Assembly: GCA_965287045.1 (NCBI GenBank)
Contig: OZ336877.1
Coordinates: 47,864,001-47,928,000, forward strand
From: Carcharhinus amblyrhynchos
Taxonomy: Eukaryota
Direction of reading: 5' to 3'
Length of the DNA: 64,000 nt
Position 1 is the first letter of the stretch. Every line of letters starts with the position of its first letter. The position numbers and the translations under genes were made by a program. The notes beneath the pieces were generated by a model. The model ran no database searches, had not been told where the DNA came from, and worked only from the letters and a program-made list of their open reading frames with translations. Below, in pieces: positions 25,220-38,565 of this stretch.

Positions 25220-25570
25220 ATAATTTGCTTCTTCCCCTCCTGTAGCCTCTTGTAGCTCTGCAACCTCTGAAATCTCTGAACTGCTCCAATTCAGGTCTTT
25301 TTATGCATCGCTGATTTTAATTTGTCCACCATTGGTGGCAGCATTTTCATTTGCTTGGGCACTAAGTTCTGGAATTCCTTTCTTCAACCTCTTCAACTTT
25401 CTGTCTATCTTTTCTCCTTGAAGAGACAGCGTCAAATCTACTACTATGACCAAGCTTATGACCACCTGATCTGAAATCTTCTTATCTGACTTAGTGTTTT
25501 GTTTGCTAATGTCCCAAGTGCTTGTGATGTTTTACTGTATCAAAGATGCTACATAAATGCAATTTGTTCA
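25220..25570 (+). mobile_element. L2 3' end
   Basis: GG..F.CLGTKFWNSF-like motif and tail AAAGATGCTACATAAATGCAATTTGTT. Confidence 0.65.
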
Positions 25571-26033
25571 AGTTATTGTAAAGTATTAATCATGGTGAGA
25601 TTTATTCACATTTATCAGATGTCTAGTGATATGCTGCATATCTGAAATACTAGATGTGTGTCATTATTCCAGTCAATTTGTGAAGCTGTGGAATGTGAAA
25701 GAATTTGTTCTAGTTATCATAATGGCCAACTGATCTTACTTCTGCCCTGCCAGAGACGGATATACAGACTAACCATGTCAATACTTAATGTTGCCTGTAT
25801 GATAAAAGGCTTTTTTGTAATAGTTGCTACATAAAGCATGCATTTAGATGATTTCTAAAGAACTGCTATGAATGTCACACTTTTATTCTGTTTTTCTCGT
25901 GTCTGCTCTTTTTGTTTCATACGTTTCAATTTAACTCAGTTTTCTTGCATGCAGTGAAGTGGGGCAGAAGAACAGGACATTACAGCTTTCTAGCTAAACA
26001 TGTGTCTGTCTTGTAATAAAGACATGTTCCAGT

Positions 26034-26760
26034 TGTCACGACAAGGGAGGCGAGAGAAACTAAATCCCCAATTCCTTTCCTTTACCATCCATAATCAGTG
26101 TGCTGTTGGAGAGGAATATATATGTGGTTCTTAAGCCCTAAAGTGTAGTCAATTTAAAGATAACAGCAGTAAGCTTTTGTGGGTTTAAATGAAGAGGATT
26201 GTTTATTCACACACACCCTGAAAATCTAAATACTGTCATTCACACAACAAACACTTAAGAAAGCTACAGTTAAAGAAAATTGTATACTTTTCTACAAGTT
26301 GTAAAATTAAAAGAGTAGGTAATAGTTCATCTGTTGGGCTCATGTAGAAGTACAGTTGCCGCAGGTCCAATAAATAAAGAGGTCTTTCCAACACTTAAAT
26401 TGTTGTTCTGAAGGGTTTGAATAGGTGCAGTTGGATGTCAGGATTATTGCAATATTCCTTCAAAGAGGTGACCTTTTGAGCAGACCATGAAGCTGGTTTA
26501 TGTACTAGATGGTGTGCTTTCAATAGTGGTGGACTTATAAAAAAAAAGGAATCAGGCAGTTGTATAGCCTCCCAAGTTCTTGAAGGCAAAGTGATGATGC
26601 AGTCTGCTGTCTTTTTGCAGGCTGCCAAGGTCTATCTGGGTCTGCATGGAAAATGCGTTATCTTCATCCAGTTTTGCTCACATGACGAATGTTGATATCC
26701 ACCCAGAATGATTTGCTGAGAACCATTGTTGCACGATTGAGATAATTTTTTAACAATTAC
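26034..26760 (-). mobile_element. Possible solo LTR
   Basis: TGTCACG terminus, TTTATT (minus-strand AATAAA) near 26202, LTR-like composition. The other end and TSD are not resolved. Confidence 0.35.
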
Positions 26761-26819
26761 TCACGATGAAATTGGTTTCTGGTCAGCCCTCATCGTTAGG
26801 ATTCCAACTCAGAGACATT

Positions 26820-27018
26820 GGGCAGAATTTTCCATGCAAACCGCCGCATGTTTTGTGGTGGCAGAGGCACTGGCCAATGGCAGGATCTTCTGGCCCCACC
26901 ATTGTCAATGGGGTTTCCCATTGAATGCACCCTGCACTACCAGGAAACCCATGGCAGTGGTGTTCCATAAGCGGGACTAGAAGATCCCGCTGGTGTGAAC
27001 GGCCCCAAAATTCTGATC
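26820..27018. mobile_element. MITE with nested internal hairpin; homologous in inverted orientation to 32592-32795
   Basis: GGGCAGAATTTT...AAAATTCTGATC ends. Internal inverted repeat GCAGGATCTTCTGGCCCC / GGGACTAGAAGATCCCGC. Confidence 0.7.
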
Positions 27019-28341
27019 ATGTAGTCTGCACTGATGTTTTGGGCAAATCCCCAAACAATAGAATTGTGAATTCCACAGTTAGTATTTGTCCTGGTGTGGC
27101 CATTCTGGGGTGGATTAGGAACTTTCCAGAAGCTTGAGATAGTCTGTTGAAATTGCAGAGATCGCCTGATCTTTGGCAACCACCTTGACAGTTATCAGTT
27201 TCCATTCTAAATAAAAGGCAATTCCAGAAACTTCTATATGAACACTAAATCCATTCTTATAATTATGAATGTGACATGCCTTTACTGGTATTATGCCATT
27301 AATTGTGTCAAAATCTAATTAGGTTACACCATGATCCCATGCTTCCAACGGGCGCAGACACTGCTGTTTGAAGATAGGACAGCATTGCAGTGCTGATTTT
27401 CTGATCCCTCCCCCTGCAGCTCTCAGCTGGGTGCACAGGATTGTGGAATCATCTCTTAAGTGCCTTTATTATTACTTGACATGCAATTAGATAACATGCG
27501 CTATTGCGCAAGCTCAGTTTTTTGGATGATTTCTTCACAAATGAAGCTGCATGTGTTTACATTTGCATTTGAAATATTACACGTGATTCAGAGGAAAGTG
27601 GAATGTTTACTATATGCAATTTGCTTTTTATTTGTATGCACAAGTCTAACTGGACCATTTCACAGTGTGCACTACACTGCCACAATGACTTGCTTCGGAG
27701 TTCTGGCTGACTCTGCTGGTTATTCAGGAGCAAATGCAGCACTACCCAACATGTGACTATTAATTTCTATAATCTCCCCAAATGTTGAGCAGTCAGAACA
27801 GAATGCAGCATAACTGATCTAAATGTTGATGCTTGCACTGTTACAGTTATTTTATGCCATGATGTTAAAGCTATCATTCATGATGCACAAATTCAGCAGA
27901 AAATCTCTGGTTTATTAAGGAATTCAACTTAACTCCTTGTCCACCCACACAAATTCTATAGTTGGTAACATTTTTGCATTCCCACAAGAATTTTTCCGCA
28001 AAGCTATTATTAAAGTTATCAATGGAATATTTAGTTAAGATCCAGAGTGGAACACTAAATTAGCACAGGATGTTTAGGTAACATCTACTACAGAGCCAAG
28101 CGTTCCCAAAGTCTGGAGCATCATTTAAATACAAACAAGGAAAGGTTTTTTCTTTAAATGATAACATTGAAAAATGAGGGAGGAAAATCAGACGGATTAA
28201 TTCTTTTAATGATAAGGCTTAATAATCTCAATTTAATGAACTCAAATACTTTAGTTCAAATTAAAGCACTAATTATAAATACAGATTGCCACTACAAATT
28301 TAGCTTGAAGATCCTGAACTGATCACACAGCTACCAGCGCA

Positions 28342-28372
28342 GTTGCTATGGTAATGGTTCCCACCGTGGGAA
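28342..28372. promoter_or_regulatory. Candidate intronic enhancer motifs: RFX X-box next to two inverted CSL/RBPJ sites
   Basis: GTTGCTATGGTAAT (28342-28355) then palindrome TTCCCAC-C-GTGGGAA (28358-28372), in a stretch with no recognisable repeats. Motif match only. Confidence 0.35.
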
Positions 28373-31104
28373 AAGAGCCCGACTTCTGTAGTACTTGGTA
28401 TTTATATTTAATAATTACTGTGTTTTGCATTGTTAGTTTTCAAGGAAACAGTCATTAAAAACTAATATTTTTAAGAAAGGATGTATACACTAAGGAAAAG
28501 AACTATATTAGGATCTTTTCAATGTACAATCATTTTTGAGATGACAAAGATGTAGATTTTATCAGCATCAGACTTATTAACCATTTGACTGCTTTGCATT
28601 TTTTAAATAAGCTCAATGTTTCTTTGAAACAAGTAGGGCCACACATTGGCGGAAACGTTTGTACAGCAAATGCGTTGCTAGCTGTTTTCCAGACAGTCTG
28701 ATATCCACTAACTTCCCAGGATGCCTCTCATGATTTATTTACAGTGAGTTCAAGACCTATATTGTTCCTAATGTTAGGAGCTCACTGAACGATCGGAGCT
28801 GATGGAAACATCAAAGGGATCCGTACGCTTATCCTTAAGGGGTGGCATATGGTAGAAAAACAGTTTTTAACATTTAGAAAGGCTGTAAATGTTCATCTTA
28901 ACCTTTCCAAAAGTTGTGTGTTGCACATAAAGTATATAGCAAAATAAATGTGAAAGCAGGAAAGAAGGTTAAATAATTTTCAACTTGCTGCCTGTATGTA
29001 AAGTAGTCGTGGTAATTCAGTTGTCTTTTATACAATCTGCCTGATCTTCATTTACATTGGGATGGTGGGAAGAAGACAAAATGGCTATCGGAATTACAAC
29101 TATCCAAGATGCCAAAAAATAAGTTGCAGGAAGTGGTGACATCGATTGTGCTGATGTCCTCATGGCGCAAGTTGGTTGCAGGTTTCTTTGCACCAAATGG
29201 CAATGATCCAGAAATAGCTTTATGTTAGCCTACAACAAATTAATTGCAACTGTGCAAAACCCTGGAAACAGGGTAAGTGACGTAAAGGCAATGTGGTTCT
29301 GATGCCCACTAATCTCCTCGACGTACTTGTTCCATCTTGTGGCAATTCAACCATAAAATAATGTGATTCAAATTAAAAGAACAGCAGCAACAACACCATT
29401 TCTTCAGATATATGACCAGAAGACATAGGAGCAGAAGTAGGCCATTCAATCCATCAAGTCTGCTTTACCATTTAATGGGATCATAACTGATTAGATGTGA
29501 TAATTCTCAACTCCACTCTGGCATCTTTTATATAGGAAAAAAGACAAGGCACTATACAGTGCCATTCAAATATGTGACCAGTGCTGCCAATTTTCTTTTA
29601 AGCGAGGGTATATCAGGCTTCTTCTCAAATAATGCCTGATTCTTCTTAGCTCCATCCATTGTGTGCTTCTCTTCTCTGTGATAATGGCATGTAATGACAT
29701 CCCCAATATCATGTGTACACCTGGGATGCCCTGACCAGTGTCTGGTGGCAGACTCTGTGAGATGCAGTCAAAACCAAGTACAGTTGTTTGTGGACATCAA
29801 TGAAATTAAGAGTTTTAAAAATGTTTTGGGGCAACACAAATCAGTGTGTAAATGAGCTCATTTTAACCCAACAAGGAGGAGGTGTGCAGGGAGTTAAATA
29901 GAGACTGCAACCTGCACTCCAAGTTTAGTTTTAACTCCTAGGATTTGGAAAGTGTGTGAAGCCCTTGCAGCAAATTATTCAAACATTGAGCTCCGACTTG
30001 ATAGTCACAAGGAGTGTGTTTGGAAACTGGTGTCATCCTCAGCAGGAAATTCCTGGGATCTGAAGGGAGGATAGCCAAGAGAAGGGTGATAAGGAAAGTT
30101 GTTTTTTGGATTCCTTGGGTTTCCCACTTTCCAATTGCAGTCCCTCCTTGGTTGCTCCTTGCGGCCCCCATGCAGTTAGCAAACTGCTGGTGTCTGTTTT
30201 CTTGTTCCCCATTGGAGTTTGTAACTGGGTGATCTTCTATTCCAATCCACTGATGTCCATGTCATTCCCACCAGTTTCAGAAAGTGTCAATTCAGGAGTG
30301 CTGTAATAAAATTCTGACACAAAACTGTCCCCACTTTCAATATGAGTAATGCAAAAGGGTCAGGAGCTCAAGTGTCTTGCTTCCTGGATGCAAAGCAGAG
30401 AAAAAGTCAGACTTTCAATACTTGTCAGGTAATAAACAGTACAAATAAACAAAGGTGCAGAAAATTCAAGTCTATATAATGAACAATTAAATTGTTAAAT
30501 AAAATGGAGCAGTAAAAAGATTTGGACTGTAATGCACCAACCTTTAATCATCACTTTGTGTATCACTTTGTGATTACTGTAACAAATTAAGCCAAGATGT
30601 TTAATTAGATCCACAGAATGTAAGTTACATGTAAATAATACACTAACCTTCTCTGTAGAGCTTAAATGAAAATTCACAGAGAAAATGGTGTTCACTTTTA
30701 GATACTGTTTGCAAAATGTGGTGCTTTGGAAATAATTTAAGAGAGCACAGAAAGCACTCAAATCTTACATTGTGTAACCAATGAAGAGGCCAGCCATTTC
30801 TCAATAGGATCAAAAGGGAGGAGAGAAGCAAGGGAGTAGAAATGGCTGGAAAAAGCCAGGATAAAGAAAATATAATTACAAACCAAACTTCATTTTTTTA
30901 ATAGTTTCAATTAATTATTTTTCAGATGCTTCCTTCGGATCTTTAATTAAACCTCAAACATACTGCATAAATTGATTTTCAATGGATTAATGTGCGATGC
31001 CAAAAGCTTTTGAAAATTAGGGCTTTGTAGTACTGGAATGAATCCAGTTTTTTGATTGTGTACGGCAATGCTCAAGTATGTTTGGTTTGCAGCCAACTTT
31101 TGAA

Positions 31105-31450
31105 AATATTTCTTCTTGGCAATCTCTCAGCACTGAGGATAACTTGCATCCACTCCAATTTGATGGGCTCTGAGATGACTGATAAGTCCAGTGTACAATC
31201 TGCAAATCCTGCCGCATACAGGGCAGGTGGTGCTCGCAAGTTATGTTGGGTAGGTGGGTTGTTTGGAAGTTTGTGCACTTTCTCCAACACCTTGCATTTG
31301 CCTCTGCACATTCCCAATGGGGTCTTTTGATGTGTTCCATGTCTTCTTGAAGGAGTCTCCTCCATTTTCATTAGTCACAAGCTATCCTCTTCAGAGAATT
31401 TTGAGGACATTGCAAAAGCATCCCCTCTGTCCTCCTGGTGCGACCAAGTA
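31105..31450 (-). mobile_element. RTE LINE 3' end
   Basis: Minus strand encodes PGGQ followed by CPVCGRICRLYTGLISHLRAH zinc knuckle, then tail ATCCTCAGTGCTGAGAGATTGCCAAGAAGAA. Confidence 0.75.
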
Positions 31451-32142
31451 GGGTACGTAAGCAGATAATACCAAAAAAAATTACTTTATGTAACCATAAT
31501 ACTTTGGGAAATGTAATTTTATTCATGTATATCAGTCAGCTGAAAAACTCGATATGCATTTAATATGATTTATGAAAATCATGACAATTGATTGGTAATG
31601 ATTCGTAAGAGAACTGACAAAAAAATCAGCATGTCTGTCTGTACCCACAGACTTCTGCATTAATCTTGGTATTAGTCAGACTTATTTCTACTTTTATTTG
31701 GATATACTAATGGAGAAGAGGTTAGAAAAGGGCATGTAAGAAAGGTTCTTGTGCCAAACTTCCAAATTTAGTAATTGACAGATGCTTTTACTAAGTTGAG
31801 ATCAAGTGTAGTGTTGGATTGAGCCCAAGATGGGGTGCAATGCCTTATCTTGTCAGCTTGGATCTTGTTTGTCTGTCATGTGGGACCATGTGGGATTCAG
31901 TTTGAGTTTGGTTTTTGGAGTAAGCAAGGAAATGGATTTGGGTTTTCCCAGTCCACTCTGAGCATTGGCTCTGTAACTTTGAGAATGGAGCTAAAATGCT
32001 CCATTTTCCCATATTATTTAAATAATTGGTATTTTTACTTCCTCCCATTGTTAAAATTTAAATGCAATTCAGTTAGTTGTTAAAATGTTGTTGATTTTTG
32101 AACTGTTTCATAGTTTTCACTCTATCTAGTGTTGAAATTCTG

Positions 32143-32182
32143 AATCTCATAATATGTAATACAATCTCATAATATGTAATAC
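32143..32182 (+). repeat. Perfect 20-bp tandem duplication
   Basis: AATCTCATAATATGTAATAC twice. Confidence 0.9.
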
Positions 32183-32187
32183 TACCT

Positions 32188-32314
32188 GTGGATAGGTTTA
32201 TGGACGAAATGGGATTGGTTTAGATTAGTGGGTTAGTGTTTTTTTTTAAAAAGCTGGTCGGCGCAACATCGTGGGCCGAAGGGCCTGTTCTGCGCTGTAA
32301 TGTTCTATGTTCTA
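32188..32314 (+). mobile_element. CR1 3' tail (family B-like)
   Basis: GGTCGGCGCAACATCGTGGGCCGAAGGGCCTGTTCTGCGCTGTAATGTTCTATGTTCTA. Confidence 0.8.
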
Positions 32315-32591
32315 AGAGACGAATATTGCAGTCAGTGGCAAAGTGACACCATTCGTCATCAATTTCAAAGATAGCTGCTGAGAAGATGCAGCAATTTCTG
32401 CCACTTGAGTTTCAGCCATCTTCATGTTAATTTGAATCTGGCACCCACTCGAGGATCTCTAGACGTCCAACAGCAACGTTGTCATCAAGCAGGGTTAGCA
32501 GTGCATCACATTGGAAAAATCTCAATGCAAACTGGAAAGAACTGATTATCCTTCACAGTTTATAAATTTTACAGAGAGCAAAAGAAATATT

Positions 32592-32795
32592 GACTGGAAT
32601 TCTCCAGTCACGCTGGTGGGATTCTCTGGTTCCACTGGCGGCACATCCCCATCCGCAGGTTTCCACCAGTGTGGGATGAGATCGGTGGGAATTCCCATTG
32701 ACAGCAGTAGGACCAGAGAATCCCGCAGCTAGCAGGCAATGCACCATCCCCCGCTGGCGGGCAACACGTGGCTGGGAGGCTGGAGAATCTCACCC
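32592..32795. mobile_element. MITE, inverted homologue of 26820-27018
   Basis: GACTGGAATTCTCCAG...CTGGAGAATCTCACCC ends; shared internal blocks CCCATTGACA and GGGATTCTCTGGT. Confidence 0.7.
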
Positions 32796-32819
32796 CATTA
32801 ACTCTTGCAAATTTGAAGC

Positions 32820-33183
32820 TTTTTTTAAAATTCATTCGTGGGACATGGGCATCACTGGCTGGCCAACATTTGTTGCCCATCCCAAGTTGCCCAAGGGCAG
32901 TTCATAGTCAACCACATTGCTGAGAGTCTGGAGTCACATGTAGGCCGGACCAGGTATGGAGGGCAGATTTCCTTCCCTAAGGGGCATTAATGAATCAGAT
33001 GGATTTTTCTGACAATTGACAGTGGTTTTTATGGTCATCAGTAGGATCTGAATTTCAGATTTTTTTTATTGAATTGAAATTCCACCACCTGCTGTGGCAG
33101 GATTTGAGCCCAGGTCTCCAGAACATTAGCTGAGTTTCTAGATTACTAGTCTAGCGATAATACCACTAGGCCATTGCCTCCCC
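32820..33183 (-). mobile_element. tRNA-headed SINE, full length, with LINE family C-derived tail
   Basis: A box TGGCCTAGTGG, B-box-like GGGCTCAAATCC. Tail GGGCAAC..GGCCAGCCAGTGATGCCCATGTCCCACGAATGAAT matches LINE C 3' ends. Confidence 0.8.
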
Positions 33184-33539
33184 TTGATCTAACAAACATT
33201 TTAAAAAACAAACTGCTAATGCAATGGAAAAATTTGATATTACAGAAATATGAAATGTGTTTTCCAGGACCAATGAGGTTGTTCAGAAGTAATTATGACT
33301 TAGTACACCATTGGAAACCACATGCAACCTCATTAATATGGTGTTTTTTTTCAGTCACTTTTACCAGCATAAATGGGGGAGGTTCTTTTCCGTTCCGTAA
33401 TTTATAAAGATTGCTGTTTATTGGGAATTGAGTAGCACACTTTGTGGAGGAGCAGGAAATCACAATTGCAACTTGTGCACTTCTGTGTCTAACTGCACAG
33501 TGTCCAGATTACTGACAACCTGTCCTAGTCCCTCCATGC

Positions 33540-34045
33540 AAACACAGTAGTTAAGAAAGTCCCCCAGCACCTCTACGTTTTTAGGAAGCTAGGAAGCTTT
33601 AGGAAATGTGGCATGTCCACTACGGCCGTCACCAACTTTACAGATGCATGATAGGAAAGCATCTGTTCTGGATGTATGAAAACTTGCTATGGTTCCTGCT
33701 CTGACCAAGACCACAAAAAACTACAAAAAGTCATGAATGAAGCCCAGTCCATCACGCAAACCAGCCTGCCATCCATTTGATTCTGTCTGCACTTCACGCT
33801 GCCTCAGAAAAGCAGCCAGCATAATCAAGGACCCCATCACCCCGGACATATGCTCTTCCACCTTCTTCCGTTGGCAAAAAGATACAAAAGTCTGAGGTCA
33901 TGTGCCAACTGAGTCAGGACTCTGCTGCCATTAGACTTTTGAATGGACCTACCTCATATGAAGTAGATCTTTCTTTACACCCCAGCTGTGACTGTAACAC
34001 TACATTCTGCAGCTGCTCCTTTCCTTCTGGATGTACTGTATGATT
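33540..34045 (+). mobile_element. Rex1/Babar-type LINE 3' fragment
   Basis: Decayed KK..Q.LY.LRKLRK.GMS...YRC..ESI.SGC....YG motif. Confidence 0.65.
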
Positions 34046-34805
34046 TGTCAATAATCAGATTTTAAAAGTCAGATGTTCCTGCTAGTTTTGAAGGAGTAAT
34101 GATAGTGAATACTGACAGTTTTGTCATAAACCACAAAATCAGGGCAATTGAAAGAAAATGCAATTTAGTGTGAAAAATGCAAATGGGAGAAGCACAAGTA
34201 GAACATATGTTGGATCAAAAATGAAAATTCCCAGGGATTTCCTTGCAGCCGCAACCAGAGCAACTTAATGTATAATCTTATTAGCATAACTAAGTGCAAA
34301 TTGGAAAAAAAATGGAAAATGCTGAAAATACTCAGGTCAGGCATGATCTGTGGAGAGAGAAACAGTGAACATTAACATCTTTCTCCATAGATACCAGTGA
34401 ATCTTTCCAGCATTTTCAGCATTATTTCAAATTTCCATCATTCCTCAGTATTTTGCTTTTTATAGGTCCTATCTGATTCATTTTAGAATGCAACTTTTTC
34501 TGTAAATGATAATTGCAAGCCATAAGATTTTTAATTGTTGATTAATTCTGCAAAAAAAACTGAAAACATTGGAGCTACCAAACAGTTTAAGGCCACACTT
34601 GTCAACAAATGCAGAACATTTATATGACAGGTTTATTTGTTAGAGCCAAAGTTTTCCTCTAAAAATGACCCAAACAAGGGCAGGTCACATACACAAGAAA
34701 AGCAAAGAGCTGTGAAATGATTAGGTATAATGTAAGATACTTATTTAACAGAAATACTAGTAGTATTAGATGAAAGAGGACAAGATGAGAGAAATCAAAA
34801 CACAT

Positions 34806-35050
34806 GGGTAGCACAGTGTTTAGCGCTGCTGCCTCAGCTCCAGAGACCCGGGGTCAAATCTGGTCTTGGTCACTGCCTGTGTAGAGTTTGCACATTCTCC
34901 CTCTGTCTGAATGGGTTTCCTGTGGGTGCTTCAGTTTTTATCCAAAGACATGCAGGTTAGTTGGATTAGTCATGTTAAATTGTTCTTTCAGCGATGCTGT
35001 TTTGGAGAGTTGGTGCAGATGAGATGAGCCGAGAAACCTCCTCCTGCAAT
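34806..35050 (+). mobile_element. V-SINE, degenerate
   Basis: tRNA head and V domain GAGTTTGCACATTCTCC..GGGTTTCC. Confidence 0.75.
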
Positions 35051-35392
35051 GTGTGCAATTGCAGTCAGAAGGCCTCTCAAAAGTAGTTTTCTCCTGAGCT
35101 CCTGTTACATGTCTGATTGACAAATTCTGGGGACTATTATTAGCATAAAAGGAGCAGATGTCATTTATGATAAATTGTGGATTGTTGCCAGAGAAGTCAG
35201 AATGGTAATGTTGTATTAGCTACAGAGTTGAATTGTTTTTTTAAATATAGTGATTTCTTTGTAGCCTCTTTCCTAACATCAGTTGATTGTTCTGTAATTA
35301 GATATCTTTAGAGAATCAGCATTGGGCTTCTAATTTCACTACTGCTACTGTCATTCTGCTGACTGAATTCAGGTGTAATAAAAGAAACATAA

Positions 35393-36316
35393 CGGGGAAT
35401 CTTACTAAAAAAATTCCAAATCCATGGTGGGCATGAAAATGGGAGAGTTTCTCGCCGGTTTTTTAGGTGCGATCAAATCCAGTATCTTATCCAGTCAGTG
35501 CAGGAAAAGATGGGCTAAACCATTTCTCTCCTGTTGGGGAAGGGGGCAGAGCTTAAATCATCAGCAAGCCTACTGTAGCAGCACACTGCGCCATTGCACA
35601 TGGGCAGACCTCAGTGGCTGCAGCCTGACAGGTCTCTGCAGCTGCAGCCAGCGTTGACCCACAGTCAATTGCAAGCCCCACCCCACTAGGAAATATTGCC
35701 CCAGCATCCCTGCCGCCCAGACGGATCCCCGCCTCGTCTCTCCCCCACTGATCGTTTGCAGAGTGGTAATGGAGCCACCTGCTTCCCCCCACCCTCATCG
35801 ATCGCCTGCAGAGTGGCAGTGGGGCCCCCCTCCCCCGCATTGATCATCTACAGAGTACTCAGCACCCCCACCGACTGTGCCCTTTAGGCCCCACCCCCTC
35901 AAGCCCCACCCTGTTGGCATTGCCCAGTGCCTGTGGTCAGTTCCAGGAAGCCAGGCTGGCATTACTCAAGGGGCACCCCTTTTCCCCCGATCTCCCTGGG
36001 GGTTCTAAATAGCCTCCGATTCTAGCAGTGAGGTCATCATGACTGGTCCTATTTCAGGAAGGCTACAAAGGTAAGTGAGCCGGAACAATAGCATCCCAGG
36101 CTCATTAAATGAATGTAAATGCCATTTAAAATAAATTTAAATAATTTATTCAGCCTTGCGCTGGAAATGGGTGCAAGGCTGACTTTGCTGGATGCCTGGT
36201 GCCAGTAAGATAGCAGGAGGAGAGACTCGGGATGAACCTGATTTCTCGGTTCTTGCGCAATCTTACTGGCTCACCCCACCATCAACTGGAGGGAGGCCAA
36301 TGGTAAAATCGCCCCC
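35393..36316. mobile_element. About 920-bp GC-rich non-autonomous TIR element
   Basis: Left CGGGGAATCTTACT versus reverse complement of right end GGGGGCGATTTTACCA. Internal short repeats of type CCCCC..GATC..TGCAGAGTGG. Confidence 0.55.
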
Positions 36317-37104
36317 AACATCTTTAACAATGTATCAAATCATTTTACAGCCGATTAAGTACTTTTAAGTTGTAGTAGTCAGTGATACAATGTACGCAAT
36401 TTACTCAAATGGCAGAGCAGGCTCAAGATGCCAAATGGTTTATTCCTGCCTCTAATACATATGTTTGTATTTAATTTGGATGGATAAGATGAACTGAGCT
36501 GCGCAAGATGGCTTTTGTCAACCATAATTATGTTACAAACAGAGGATGGAATCGTGACTGGAGCTCCTTTTATTTTGTTGCTAATGGAAGTTTACTGAGC
36601 AGGCGTTCCGGATTGAAATTGCCAGAATGGGAAAGTGTAATGGGTTCAGAGTAAATCAGTAACCTCTTTAACACTACCCATGACTCTCAGAAGTTTTTTT
36701 CATGGACTTCAGTCTTGTCCTTTCACCCACTTATCTGTTATCTCTCTCTATCTTGCGCTGCTGCTATGAGTTTTTTGATGTGTTGAAATACTGTAATAAA
36801 GTTTTGTTGTGCAGCAGATATTGAAAATATAAGGTAGTGAGAAGTAGCAGTCAGCAAAGTCTAAAGTCATTGCAGACTTACTGATCAAGAAAACACAGCT
36901 ACAAGTGTGAACTGTTCAGCCTTTATGATCTGGCCTCCTAAAGTACAGTGTCGCACTGGAGGCAACTCTTCTGACTGACGATGAAGACCAACATTGTTCA
37001 ATCAATCCACTATTGCTCAGGTATCACTAGATTGTTCTACCCTGTGAGATTACTGATAATATAGAATCCAATTACACCCCTTGAGTGCCCAAGCAAGTCT
37101 TCTA

Positions 37105-37720
37105 CTTTTTGGCATTTATTGTTAAAGGAATAGAATATAATTATAAAGTAGTGAAGAGTTGTTTCTGTACAAATAATTAGCGAGACTGCACTTAGAATAT
37201 TGTGTGAAGTTTTGGTCCCCTTACTTGAGGATGTAGTTGCTTTGGAGGTGATTCAAAGGAGGTTCACTAGATTGATTCCAGAGATGAAGGGTTTGACTTA
37301 CAAAGAGAGACTGAACAGTTCAGGCCTATCTTCTCTGGAGTTTAGAAGAATGAAAGGAGATTATAATTGAAGTATTTAAGATGGTAAGGGGGGGTTGCTA
37401 AAGTAGACGTGGAGAGGATGTTTCCTCTTGTCAGGCAACTAGAGCAAGAGGTTATAGTTTTAGAATAAGGGGTGGCAAATCTACAACAGTTGAGGAGAAA
37501 TTACTTCTCTCAAAGGGTGTGAGTCAGTGGAATTCACTACTCCAGAACATGGTGGATGCCAGGACTTTGAGTAAATTTAAGGAAGAGGTGGACAGAATTT
37601 TAATTAATAAGAATTTGAAGGGAACATGCAAAAAAGTAGTTGAAGACGAGATGAGATCAGCCATGATCACATTAGATTCACAGGGTTAAATTGCCTATTG
37701 CTGCTCCTAGACCTTGTGTC
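37105..37720 (+). mobile_element. CR1 3' fragment, decayed
   Basis: LEYCV.FWSPYL and QRRFTRLIPEM motifs; AGATCAGCCATGATC tail. Confidence 0.85.
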
Positions 37721-37989
37721 CTTCTACAGAATCTGTCACAAAATACTAGAGTACAGATACAGTATAATCAAGAATGCCATATGTTGTTGTAAGGGGAATT
37801 TAACATCAAGGATGTCTGACAGCATCGGTAGGGAGAAAAAACAGAGTTTACTTTTCAAGTCCGCATCACTCTTCTTCAGAGTCGTATGGACTTGAAACAT
37901 AAACTTTTTTTTCTCCATAGATACTGCATTGTTCTAAGATATTCTGTTTTTATTTCAGATTTCCCGATTCACAGTATTTTGCTTTTATA

Positions 37990-38565
37990 AAAGTAAAGAT
38001 GTTATGCCTCAGTAAATAGGGCATTAGTAAGACCAGATCTTGAACACTGTGTGTAGTTTTGGTTTTCTTATTTAAGAATGTAAAAGTCTTGGAGGCAGTT
38101 CAGAGGAGCTTTACAAGATTGATACCTGAAATGAGCAGGTTGTCTTATGAGGATAATTTGTGTGGGCTGGGCTTGTTTCCCCTAGAGCTTAGAAGAGTGA
38201 CGGGTGACTTCATTAACGTACATAAGATCCTGAATGGTCTTGATAAGGTGGACACGGAAAGGACGTTTCCTCTTGTGGGTGAGTCCAGACCTAGTCCTAG
38301 TCCTGAACTAGGAGCCACTGTTTTAAAATTAGGGCTGAGCCTTATAGGACAGAAGAGTTTTTTCTGCGTTGTGTAATTTTGGAACTCTACCTCAGAAGGA
38401 GATGCAAGCAGGGTTATTGAATATTTTTAAAGCACAGGTGGATAGATTTGTGTTAGGCAAGGGAATCAAGGAATATGGAATTTGAAACACAAACAGATCA
38501 GCCATAATCTTATTAAATGGCAGAGCAGATTCAATGGGCTGAATTGTCTATTTCCTAATTTTTGT
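37990..38565 (+). mobile_element. CR1 3' fragment, decayed
   Basis: ORF 38059-38376 (LEAVQRSFTRLIPEM) and CR1 tail. Confidence 0.85.

Noticed and set aside
28693-29273. Plus-strand exon candidates (28693-28743, 28778 onward, donor near 29273)
   Set aside because: In-frame stops or weak acceptors, and no similarity to the expected L3MBTL4 sequence.
36881-36936. Minus-strand exon-like segment with a gtaagt donor
   Set aside because: All three frames are closed.
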